Shown in pieces: positions 1 to 11,400 of a stretch of DNA of 64,000 nucleotides (its first letter is position 1; every line of letters starts with the position of its first letter). Origin of the DNA: Curvularia clavata (lineage: Eukaryota). A program made the position numbers and the translations under genes. The DNA is taken from contig CP089279.1 in NCBI GenBank assembly GCA_023920165.1, positions 1-64,000 on the forward strand. The letters run 5' to 3'. The notes below the pieces were generated by a model that had not been told where the DNA came from, made no database searches, and saw nothing but the letters and a program-made list of their open reading frames with translations.

Positions 1-63
1 ACTTCGTTCAGTTACGTATTGCTAAGGTTAAAGAACGACTTCCATACTCGTGTGACAGCACCT
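1..63 (+). other. Oxford Nanopore adapter plus native barcode (technical artefact)
   Basis: ACTTCGTTCAGTTACGTATTGCT (ligation adapter end), then AAGGTTAA + 24-nt barcode AGAACGACTTCCATACTCGTGTGA + CAGCACCT (native barcode flanks). Confidence 0.95.
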
Positions 64-178
64 CTAACCTAACCTAACCCTAACCCCCTAACCCTAACCC
101 TAACCCTAACCCTAACCCTAACCCTAACCCTAACCCTAACCCTAACCCTAACCCTAACCCTAACCCTAACCCTAACCC
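64..178 (+). repeat. Telomere (CCCTAA)n, left chromosome end
   Basis: About 19 tandem CCCTAA units directly after the adapter, with a few irregular units at the start. Confidence 0.97.
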
Positions 179-323
179 AGTGTGTAACACCCACGGTCTT
201 ATATTGGTTAGGGTTAAATTAGCTCTAGCGCTAAGCCTATCTAGATATAAATTATAGGGGTTAATATCCGCGAATTTTGAGATAGAAAGTGGCTGAATCT
301 ACTGTAAACCCCTAACGCTAAGC

Positions 324-714
324 TAGACTGGTAAATCGGGTATTTAGCTAGGGCTATCGATTATCTTGGCCAATACTAGTCCAAATCAAGTAATTCTGAC
401 GTCATTAGAAAGCTAGCACTCTAGTCTAAATATTACTAATATATTTTTTTAGCCTAACGCTAATAGTACTAGTGCTAGAGCTAAAAAAGAAGTAAAAATA
501 GGGGTATACCCGACTCATAACCCAGCCCTAGGGCTCACAAACGGGCTATTAAATAACTTTTGAACTAAGCTAGATACGGCTTAGCTTTATATTACATGAT
601 AGAATGCGCTAGCTGAGGGCATTAAAATGACGTCAGAATTACCCGATTTGGACTAGTCTTTGATGAGATATTGATGAAAGAAGAAAAGTGGGTCAATACC
701 CGTTTACCAGTCTA
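324..714. mobile_element. Non-autonomous hAT MITE (391 bp)
   Basis: TIRs TAGACTGGTAAA(T)CGGGTATT / AATACCCGTTTACCAGTCTA; perfect 8-bp TSD CGCTAAGC at 316-323 and 715-722; internal inverted repeat about 376-407 vs 626-657. Confidence 0.92.
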
Positions 715-909
715 CGCTAAGCCTAATTCGGCACGAATCCAGGTGCGATTCACGGCCTCATATTGGTTAGGAGGTAGGCCTCGAAGGTATAATAATAGAT
801 CAATCGAAGCAACCCATAATTATCCTAGATTTTAATCCTAATCTACTATTCTTAAAACTATAATAATTTGACAAGAGTATACAAAGTAGACTGGTAAATG
901 GGTATAGGG

Positions 910-1130
910 CACCCAGCTCGGGTTAGGGTAGGGCTTGGGGCTATAGAGACTCGGGCTGGGGTAGGGCTAGGGCTGCTAAGAGTCGGGCTGGGGTAGGGCT
1001 GGGGCTGCTAAGAGTTGGGCTGGGGTAGGGCTGGGGCTGCTAAGAGTCGGGCTGGGGCAGGGCTGGGTTGCTTGGCACTTGGGCTGGGGTAGGGCTAGGT
1101 TACTAAAGAGTCGGGTAGGGGTAGGGCTAG
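910..1130. repeat. hAT left subterminal repeats (about 30-bp unit AGAGTCGGGCTGGGGTAGGGCTGGGGCTGCTA)
   Basis: About 6 imperfect tandem G-rich units. Confidence 0.85.
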
Positions 1131-1410
1131 ATATAGCCTGCTCAGCTAGGTTACGAATAACTTTAGACTAGAAAAGATTCGAATTTATCACAGTTTATTA
1201 TTACAGTAGCTTTGAAAAGAACTTTGAGATGAAACTAATAGGATTTATTACAGTTGACTATCACGGTAGCGCGCAGGGCGGACACGCTTTCGTAGAGGAA
1301 GTAGTAACTCGTCCTCTACCTTATCTACTTCCTCTAGAGATTCTTCTATATCCTGACTCTAACACTGACTCCCATACTCCTCTATACCTGCTAGGAGCTC
1401 AAACAAATTA

Positions 1411-3855
1411 CTAATATTATTAGAAAGTTAGATAGCTTCCTCTATAGGCTCGTCCAAGTCTCTATCAAGACTCTCCATCTTATTAGAATTCGCAAATTTA
1501 AGAATTATGAGTTGTCGAATCTTTTTAGCAGAAAGCCGATATCGACGATCGCTAATAACTTCCTTAGCAATACTAAAGACTCTCTCTACACCTACTTGCG
1601 CAATTAGTATAGCTAGAATATCTTTTACAACTTAGATAAGATGGGGGTACGTGATCTTACTTACTTTCTACCACTCTAAGATATCGATATATTCCCGTAG
1701 ATCAATACTAGGGCTACTTAGATATAGCTCCCCTTCTTAATAGGTTGGCCCTCTACTCTCCTTAATTTCCTAGCTTGAAGAATCTTAGCTTGAAAGAGAA
1801 ATCTAGCTTGATTATAATCGAAGTAAAGTAGGCCTTCAAAACTATTCTGTGCTTGATACCCTCCGAGGAAATGAGCTTAGTATTAACTGTATAATTTCTT
1901 GATTATTATATCGAGCTAGATAATCAAGAAACTGCTGCTAGTAGATATGCTTATCTTGAAACTCCCATATCTTATTCTATATCTTCTATTAGTATCTATC
2001 TGTGATAAATATCTGTAATAATACCTCGTAGGCTATAAGCTTTTGCGTTAGATCAAGAATCGTCGCGCAGTTGAATAAGAAGCCACGCTCTTTATTAGTT
2101 TTCGAGTAGTATTTACTCAACTTTGCCCTCTCTTTCGCCGCCGCAGCTCTTACTACTTGTGGCCAGTTGCTATTCTCTGAGTCTTCTTCTAAATCAACCT
2201 CCATCTAATCAAGAAAATTAAAAAGCTGATTATACATGAGCTAGATATATAGTATTTAAAGTTTTTAACTCTGACTTAGAGACATTGTTGCAGTCTTAAA
2301 ATGGCTAAGCATTTCAGTAACCATCTCAAGATGCGACCATTCTTGTGCAGATAGTCGTAGTCTCTTAAGATCCTGAGAATCAATATCAGTATTGTTGTCG
2401 GCCTCTGAGAGGTTTTCGGTATGGATAGGAACCCTTAACGCGATCTCATCTTTGAGCCATTTATTGATATATTGCCGAAACTTGACTGCGCGCTTACACA
2501 TATTATATGTCGAGTTCCATCGTATTCTAACATCACAGATAACACTAAGGCGTTTTTTTGGTGGTAGATCCCGTTGTGTTGCGAGAAACCGTTCGTATCG
2601 CTGAGGAGATGAGTCAACTATAATGCAGATTGCTCTAATCTATATTGTAGTTAGTATGTGATAAATAACTGTGATAAAAAATTCTTCCCTTACAAAGTGA
2701 ATTAGGGACTGAGATGTTGGCATCTACTTTATTAATCTGTTGTCTCTGCAAATCTTGTATATTATCTAACTCGGTAGAAGCTAACAGCCTTAAGTGCTGG
2801 ATAATATCCTGGACAACGAGGTTGATAATATAGACTAAGCAGGGAATAGTGTTTTTACTTGGACTCTAGCTTATACTAAGTTGTTGTAGACCTTGCTGAA
2901 GAGACTGCGTAAGAGTGCTATTATTACTGGCATTATCGCAAGTAATGGATAGCAATTTTTTTTGGAGTTCACTTCTAGAAAGAAGTTTTAGAACTTCATC
3001 TACTATTAAAGCTCTAGTATGTCTCCTATAGATCAGTATAAAATCTAAAAGTTTTTCTTTGAGTTGCTATTAAGTATTGATATAGTAACCTTTGATTACA
3101 AGGAAACTAAGATGGTTACTTGAAGCCTAACTATCTAATGCAAGTGATATTTTTGTTCCTTAGCCAAGATCATTAAGAAGCTCAGCTGAAGCCTTCTTAA
3201 ATTGTAACTTAAACGCTAGCTTGAATTTATAACGGCTAATAATTACAGCGTTGGGCTAGAGAAACTAGAGAAATCGTTGAAATGATGGCCGCTCAAGTGT
3301 TCGGAAGCTCTAGTAGTTATCAACTACTACTCTTACTAGTTCTTGTTCGTATGTCTTAGTTGAGTAGGCTGGTATTGCGCGAGGATTAATATTTATTGGT
3401 GGTGGGATACTTTGGCGGAGTGAGTTCGATAGCTTGTTGTATATAGGCGAAGAGATAAGCTGGCAAGTTTAGATTTAACGATATCTATAAAGATGCTTTA
3501 TACTAATATTTCCAGCTGATAGGTGCGCGAGTATATAACTGCAGTTCGAGCAGAAGATATATAGACGGCCAGTTAGGATCTCTACAGCCTTTCCAAAGTT
3601 TGCCCAGATTTGGCTCGTACGACAAGAAGAGCCCTAGTGTGGAACTGGCTTCGAAGGATCTCGGGCTTATGGTGTTTTATTCCACTACTCCTTCTAGTTT
3701 GAAATAATTGCTTTGTTCTCTTCATTGCTATTATTTTCAAGTACTGGATACTGGATGAGTGTAAGTGTGACTTTAAGACCACCTTTGTCTCGGTGTGGAG
3801 CATTTATCTTGAGATGCGCAAGGATATCTGGCGGTTCTGTAGAAGGCTTAGCCAT
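1411..3855 (-). pseudogene. hAT transposase, RIP-inactivated, at least 2 introns (about 1977-2024 and 2640-2693)
   Basis: Start MAKPSTEPP; BED-like IFCSNC..KHL; KISLALD, ITCDNASNN, RWNSTYNMCKRA; C-terminal dimerisation-type domain DILEW..YPHL..KDILAI..VGVERVFS..RYRLS. 3' end approximate. Confidence 0.9.
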
Positions 3856-4152
3856 CGTGAAGATTGTACCTGTGATAAATAACTGTGATAAATTAAAGTT
3901 ACTAGATGGACAAATATTATCTGTGGAAAACTGGATATGGTAGGAAGTTTTAAGTCCTCTAGCTTCTAGCATAGCTAAGATTGTCTAAAATACTAGTGTT
4001 GTTTGACATATGTCTGAAGTAGGTTTTATATAAGAGAAAGTTTGGATCGACACAGGGGTTATACTGTGATTATTGGCTGGGATAAACCCTGGCATAATAC
4101 TCTAAACCCTAACTACTAGAGCATTGTCAGAGATATGCTTGGACAGCCAGCA

Positions 4153-5861
4153 CTACTTAGACTTCTCTTCTTCAGCCTCTTCGTCTTGATCCTCAGCCTC
4201 CTCTATCTTAGCACTATCAGCCCCCTCTGGAGCCAAAAAGCTATCGTTACTACTATAGCCATCCTCATTCTCGTCTATAATCTTATCCTCGTTATTAACC
4301 TCTTCTTCATACTCGTTACTATCATAGCCTTCGATATATGGCTTATTATCCTTAAGACGCGTATCTGGATCAAACTGGTTGAGAATAGAAGTAGGCTTTT
4401 CTTGTCTATACTAGTTAGTTCTTGAATGTGATAATAAACTGTGATAAACTTACTGCTAGGAACTATCTATAGCAAGTTCTTTTTTTTTGGGAGAAAGGTT
4501 CTTGTAAAACTTGAGCTATTTATCTCGTGCTTGCTCGCTCTTAAAGGCGTTGTTGTTTAGCTTAGCCAATTCTCGAAGATATTCTTTGCGTATAAGTGAG
4601 TTAATAACCCCCTTTCGACTATAGAGACGAGCAGAAACGCGTAACCTCTTAGTAGAGGTATTAGACGGGGCGTCGCTAGAGGTAGTCTGGAGAATAAGCT
4701 GATGCCGTCTTTTGTCGATCTCATTCTGGATCTTGGACCATTTCGCGTGCACAGCTTGGAGAGCAAACGCCATCCAATTAGCTAATAACTGTTAGTAGAT
4801 GTCTGTAATAAAAGACTGTGATAACTTACTATTTTGCTTTTCTTTAAAGCGCTTAGATTCATGCTCTTTAAGATGGCTCTTTATAATTCTATTCTTCTTA
4901 TCCTCTCTGGCGGTCTTATACTATTCTTTCTCTTTGAGTGACTTAAGAAATTTCGCCCGAGCAGCGCGGTCAGCATCTTTGGCGCGTTAGAGAGCGGCTT
5001 CTTCCTTGGTACGTGACGCGGCGAGATCTCTCTGTGCAATAGCTCGAGCTGTGTTACTAAGCTGACCTTGATATTGGATTCGCAGACCAGTTGGACAACT
5101 CTTTTAGGAACCTCTATGTTACAAGTAACAAAGAAGGATCTCTCCTTGACGATGGCCGCAGGTAGGAGACCATTGGGCGACACGTCAGAAGGTAATGATC
5201 CCCGCGGAAGGGCGATCACATGACTGGCCTCAGGCCAAGACCGGGAAACCACGCTAGTATGTGAGGACACGCTCACACGTGACCAAAGTGACTTCAGGGA
5301 CTTCAGAGAACACAGGGGTTATTCCGTGAGGACAGTGAGGACAGGACCGGAAGCAATGGGTATAAGAATGTGTTGGATTTCATTATTACACTCGTTGTGG
5401 TCAACTCAGCAAAGTATCTTTCATAGTTACCTTTCATACTCAGATTGATACTAGTTATTCTATCTTCCAATAGGATTGGTTTTGTCTATCTTCCGTTAAT
5501 CCCTACCACCGAATCGCCAGACAACTACCTCACGGTATACTTCATAGAAACTGGCCTCGCCCTAACCCGGAATCTAGGCTAGGTAAGTATATTCCCAACT
5601 AACCAGTAGGACCCCGTGTAACACTCTAGATCCACGTTGCGTAATGATAAAATTGATTTTGTTTTGCTTATTTTTAAAGCCTTACTAACGTTAGTATTTA
5701 CTATGATAATAGACTGGGATTATTATTTTAGTAAGATCTGCCTACTTCTGCTTAGTAAAGTCCTTGGGTATTTGGGCAACGCGTGGAGGTGCTAGACCCT
5801 TAGATACGTTGCCATCAGCCTCTATCGTAGACTCGCGCTTGATTTCTGGCGTGCGCGGCAT
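4153..5861 (-). pseudogene. hAT accessory gene of unknown function (basic/coiled middle, acidic C-terminal tail), split by a solo LTR
   Basis: MPRTPEIKRES start; frame continues across the LTR insertion; introns 4782-4829 and 4406-4453 with GTAAGT/CTAAC/TAG; ends ..EEAEDQDEEAEEEKSK*. Confidence 0.65.
5117..5623 (+). mobile_element. Solo LTR (507 bp) nested in the hAT element
   Basis: TGTTACA...TGTAACA termini; 5-bp TSD CTCTA on both sides; related to the LTR fragment at 48259-48406. Confidence 0.9.
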
Positions 5862-6385
5862 TATTGACTATGATAAAGTACTGATATAACGTCTAGTATG
5901 GTGGGGGTAGGGAGGGGGGGGATAGTTGCTAAGAGAGAGTAGGAAGTTTGGTGATAGTCTACCTATTAAGGTAATTAGGGGTCCGTGCGCTCTGGATTTC
6001 GCGCTAGCGTTGGGCTAGCGAACAACATCTTTCATACAGCCAATATCTTGGATAATAAAAGTTAGAGTGCTTTAATTTTAGTCTTATTTGAAAGCCCTGG
6101 AGTAGCTCTATCTAATAAGCCAGTTATTATAGTATTTAATTACTGCTTCGTTGAGTTATGGCGATTTCTTACTAACTATCTCGCAGACCTTTAGCAAGAC
6201 TCTGGGTGATCTGTGCACTCACCTTTACCTTTATCTTTACCTACTTATATATCCCCAAAATTCTTAACTACTCTATAGCTAAGTATTTGTCCACCAATTC
6301 TCTTAATCTAAATCTAACTTTCCTAGCCTAACGCCAAATTTCTCAACTCAACCCTACTAGTTATTACAGAGATTTATCACGTACT

Positions 6386-7354
6386 ATGTTAGCAGTAGAC
6401 GAGGTGGGGGGGCCAGACGATGAGTCGTTTGAGGAGATGGTAGAACGGTTAAATGTGCTCCCATCGCCTGAAAGACAGGTGTCTTAGCTGCTGTCACCTC
6501 GCGAATTAGAAGCTCTTGAAGACGAATTTGAGGTTTTGGGAGCTTAGATGACTGGCAATCCTACTTTTTCTGCCGAAGGTGGCCAACTAAATCCGTAAGT
6601 TTATTATAGTAATTTATTATAGGAAATGGCTAATAAATGCTAGGACTACTACTTACGATTATCCCTCTCCGCCCCGTATCTTGACTAGTGGCTATCTTGT
6701 ATCTTTTGCGTACGTTTATCACGGTAATTTATTACAAGTAATAGCTAACTAATAGTAGGACTAGCACTATGTTCTATAGTGTAGGTGGCAAAACCGCTCG
6801 TAAGCAGCCAGTTAATTATAGGCCGCCCACGCCTAAGCCCGATAATGAGGATTAAGAGTCGGAAAGCAGCGAGGAAGACGAGTCCGGCCCTCCTACACCG
6901 CCTGGTGCTCAACTATCTACGTCTGGCGCCTCTAAGAGGCGTAGGTTTAAGTCTGGTAGTAAGTTTATTATAGTTATTTATTACAGTAAGCGACTAATAA
7001 TTACTAGCTATTATACTAAAAGAGATTAAAAGATTCTAGAAGTCTACTGATCTGCTTATTCTAAGGACTCGATTTGTAAAACTTGTTAGAGAGATTATGG
7101 GAGACGTATATCCGCAACACCCTCTATATATCTAGAGAGAGGCGTTGGAAGGTCTTTAAGAGGCTGCTGAGTATTTTTTGGTTAGATTTCTTGAGGGTAT
7201 GTTATATTATTACAGATATTAATTATAGCTGCTAACGGATCTAGACTGTAATATGAACGCTATCTATGCTAAGAGAGTTACTATTTAGAAGAAGGATGGG
7301 GATCTTGTTAAGCACTATCTTAATAGGCTTGGTATGGGTGGTATTAAGTACTGA
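6386..7354 (+). pseudogene. Histone H3-like (H3/CenH3 fold) gene inside the hAT element, 4 introns, RIP stops
   Basis: Spliced translation KRRRFKSGTIILKEIKRF*KSTDLLILRTRFVKLVREIMGD..EALEGL*EAAEYFLVRFLEDCNMNAIYAKRVTI*KKD aligns by eye to the H3 fold; tail GGKTARKQ; introns 6595-6643, 6710-about 6758, 6959-7007, 7197-7244. Confidence 0.9.
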
Positions 7355-7544
7355 GGGCTTTCATGATGGAGTATCAAGTACTGATGGCTTTTATGATTGA
7401 GGGATAGCTATAATTGAGAACTAGCTATATGCTAGAAGTTAAATGAAAGTTTTATAAGTTCTTAATTTTTAATTTACTACTGTGATAATTATGCGTGATA
7501 AGTCTTTGATATATACGGAGTATATATATATCTAATAACTAAGA

Positions 7545-7857
7545 CCCAGCATAACCTAGTACTAAGCAACCTAGCCCTACCCCAGCCCGCTTATTAAGCA
7601 ACCCAGCCCTGCCCCTACCCAACTCTTGACTGACCCAGCCCTGCCCCTACCCAACTCTTGACTGACCCAGCCCTGCCCCTACCCAACTTAAATGCCAAGA
7701 GTTGGGTAGGGGCAGGGCTGGGTTGCCTAATAAGCGGGCTGGGGTAGGGCTGGGTTAGCCAAGAGTTGGGTAGGGGCAGGGCTGGGTTGCTTAGTCATCT
7801 GACCCAGCCCTACCCCTACCCAACTCTTAGCAGCCCTGCCCCAGCCCTGCCCCAGCC
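7545..7857. repeat. hAT right subterminal repeats, partly arranged as an inverted repeat
   Basis: ACCCAGCCCTGCCCCTACCCAACTCTTG units at 7570-7690, inverted copies at 7697-7792, forward again 7801-7857. Confidence 0.85.
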
Positions 7858-8476
7858 CATTTACCAGTCTAATACCCTTCCTATTTTATAAATAAGATAC
7901 ATCTATTAGATAAGTTGATTTATTTTACTACGCTTGGTAGCTATGCTAATAGAACTTCGTTAACTAATACACCTTAGCTCGACTATATTTAGCTTTCGCC
8001 GCGAGCTACTATCATATGCTATAATAAGTAGTATACGGTACTTGGCATCTTGATCCTAATTAGTGTCCAGACTTCTCATCACACATTTGTGCTAGCTATT
8101 GCTTTAGCTAGTTTCAGCGTCTTGGGTAGAAACTTCTAGTCGACAAGATGAGCCATCTTCTTCTTAACTGCTCTTGACGCCTATCAACAACAGCACTACT
8201 CTGGCATGCCGAGCGTTATCACAGTGGCTACTTCACTATAGGTAGTTGTCGTCCACTCAGACGCCACTGCGGTTGCTGCTGCCTAGTGCTCGCGTGCTGC
8301 GCTTTCACCAATCACGCGCCCACCATTCACCATTCACTTGCGCGACGCGTTCATGAAGCACGCGTCCACAATCTATTCCTGCGCGTAATTTGCAACAACT
8401 TGCCACCAATATCTGTCTACCCAACCACTCAACTCAACTCTATATCCCCACTACTCTACCTCTCTTTATCGACGTA

Positions 8477-11400
8477 ATGGCGCGACGGAGGCCCCCAAAC
8501 CCAAATTTCAACTACAACACTACACCAAAGAAAGAAGACGACTTCTTTGCCAGGTTTTAGATCGATGAGGCAGATATGAAAGTGGATCTCAAAGCCCGAC
8601 GAAAGAAGGCCTTTTTATAAGTCAACCCTACCCTAGTTATATACCAAGGCGCCGACAAAGTCACTCTTCAAAAATAGCACGCCTAGCTTATATATGACGC
8701 GTTTTCTGAGCTTTGCGAAGCTCCAGAACTATGGAAGAGATCGGCAATAATGTGGTGGATGACCCAAGCCCGCACCAGCATCCAAAGGTCCAAGCCTAGT
8801 GCAGAAGCCAGCAAGCGCAAGCACTCTGCCACTCTAAGCGACGACGAGATGGATGTCTCACTGAAAAAGAGGACCTGAAATCGGCAATTCAAACATAGAT
8901 ACGAGACTGATTGAGAGGGCGACTTTTCGATTGTTGAATCGATTAAACCGTTGTACCGCGAGTTGATAGACCGACTTAAGTCCCTCAGTCTGTGTCCTTC
9001 GCAGCTGCCGTTAATACAAAGCTAAGCCAAGCCCTTTCGCGGTCCTACTTATGTTTGCTTTGTGATGCTTCCACAAAATAGCATTATTATAGACGATAAC
9101 ATTATCGCCAAGATTGAGATAGGGGAGATTTTGACCGACTCAACAGTCTCGTGGGAGAAACTCACTGGCGTAGCCACGAGTCTGGGTAACTGTAACGGAT
9201 TCTTCTTCACGGGAAAGTTATATATCGGCCCAAGACTAAACCAACGGTTCGCTATTTCGCACCCAGCTCTTCTGAAAACAGCTATAAGGGATTTCCCGCT
9301 AGGGTCGATACTAACCTGCACCACATTACCAATCTCTAAGCTTTGCCAACCTGCCGTAGCTATATCTTATCGACCGGAGTTAAGCTAAGCTAAACTGTAA
9401 GAAGCAATCAGCTTGCCTAGCGATATGATAGGCACTAAGTCGCTAGTGCCCAAGCCTCTCTAATCTAAAGCTGCATCACTAATATCTAGTCGATAGCGTT
9501 TAAACCAAGCGGAGCCGCAATAGGAAGAGACTAGCCTTTCCGGCAATAGGATGGAGGGGCTGTGCCAGAGCGCAAAGTTGGATTCTTCCTATAGGCGCCG
9601 CTCGCCAAGTACTCCATCTATATTGTCTACATTGGCATTCTGGAGGCTAGAAATAGGGTTGAAGAAGCTTCTCCGCCGGGGCTCGACATTAAATCATACG
9701 TACACACAGGATTAGCTAGAGGATTGAGATTTTTCCTTTAGGATGCATAAACGTCTAGGCCAATACAGTGCTCAACGCTGTGACCAAACAGACTACGGCT
9801 ATAAGAAAACTCCACAGCGCTACCCAGATTAAGCAGAACGAGAAAGAACACCTCTTTCTAGCTTCGAGTTAAGATGTCTCGATACCCCGCCCGCTTTATC
9901 CAGTAACGAAGGCGGAACTGGCGACGAGGTTATGATAGAGGACAATAACCAATAACCACACACAGACACTAGTAATAAGTGGATCTAAGGCCCTCAGCAA
10001 TCTGGCAACTCTACATAGACTCCTATAAATAAGTTAGCTCGGCTATACGACAACCATAACGACTAACAACCGAGTAATTAGGGCGGTGTATATACGGACT
10101 CTAGGTTTACCTCCACTACAACTACTATAAAGGACGGCAAGTTATCTGCTATTAAGTCAGGCCAAAATAAGCGTCTATTAAGCCTATCTTGCTAGAAGCT
10201 CGTGGGTAATAATAGGACAGATTTCATTATTATCAGCGATAACGAACCTGAGAGCTCGACGCGCGACTCTAGTTCCCAGCCACCTAGTTCAGAATTGGAC
10301 ACTATGCAGCCACAAATGCACGTCGATGAAGACGCAGATATAGAACTAGACGAAGACCTCAATACAGAGGAGGCAGACGCTAGGGCTGAAGCCGCGGTCT
10401 TAGAATACACCCTCTCGTCCAAGAGCACGCTTACAGCAAAAAAGTGCGCCGCGAGAATGGATTTGGATATTTTTAAGCGAGCCGTAGACGTTTTCTAATT
10501 AGCATTAGCATATCTACAAACTATAATAGGGGAGCCACGTATCTAGTTACTATCTAGCGTAGGACTATCGCCTGGCTATAGAGCCTTCCCCTACGAAATC
10601 TCTAGTGCTGTTAAGATATATATAGACGTGTTTAGAGAGAAGCGTAGCTATATTTTAGCCGACGAGATAGGGTTCGGAAAGACGCATATAGCACTCTTAA
10701 CATTCTAGACCAACTTTATAGCGGTGGCTTGGGAGCTCGGTAATATCCAAGAGGCCAAATTCCCTATTCTATCAAACGGCACTATCTATGGTGTTCGCCC
10801 CTGCGTCGGAGCTATCTTTATCTTAGCTAGCCTATAGGACCTAAAGGTGTGGCCCTAAGCATAGTATGATATATTTTATAATAGCGTAGCGGCGAAGCAA
10901 TTCCCAGAAGCTTGGCGTCCAAAGCTTATCATACTATATGCAGACGGCGCGCAATATACAGAAGAGTTTGGTGGGTCCGCTGTTGGTATATATCCGTCTA
11001 TAAGCTAATAAGACTGGGCAGAGATCCTACTACAACTAAACTGGAGCCAGTCTCGCTAGCCGACGTACCCGCTAAGCAAGAACTTTGATTGGGAATTTAT
11101 AGGACTCTCTAACTGGCCGAGGGTGGAAGGAGCTACCGAAGACTAACCGACTCTAAGCAGCACTCGATATGTCATTGTCTCAACAAATCAGTTATGGAGA
11201 AAGCATATTACGTGCACATGGCAGCCAAGCAAAGGCTATAGGGGGTTGGAGAAGGAGTTAGCGTTCCACACGAATGAAAAATAGAGGAAGCCAACACGCC
11301 AAAATATATAACGAGAGATTGACTTATAGTTCCGAAGCAGAAGTAGCGGGGTGGATGGCACTGGGCCTACCCAGGCCCGCCGCCCTGTCAAAATTAAGAG

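Larger units (their letters stand above)
887..7871. mobile_element. hAT DNA transposon (about 7 kb) with three genes, RIP-mutated
   Basis: Perfect 16-bp TIRs TAGACTGGTAAATGGG / CCCATTTACCAGTCTA; subterminal GC-rich repeats at both ends; hAT transposase inside. No matching 8-bp TSD (ATACAAAG vs ATACCCTT). Confidence 0.9.

Noticed and set aside
4135..4425. Hydrophobic 96-aa ORF resembling a membrane protein
   Set aside because: Antisense shadow of the acidic tail of the hAT accessory gene.
4881..5276. 131-aa minus-strand ORF
   Set aside because: Crosses the solo-LTR junction at 5117; chimeric.
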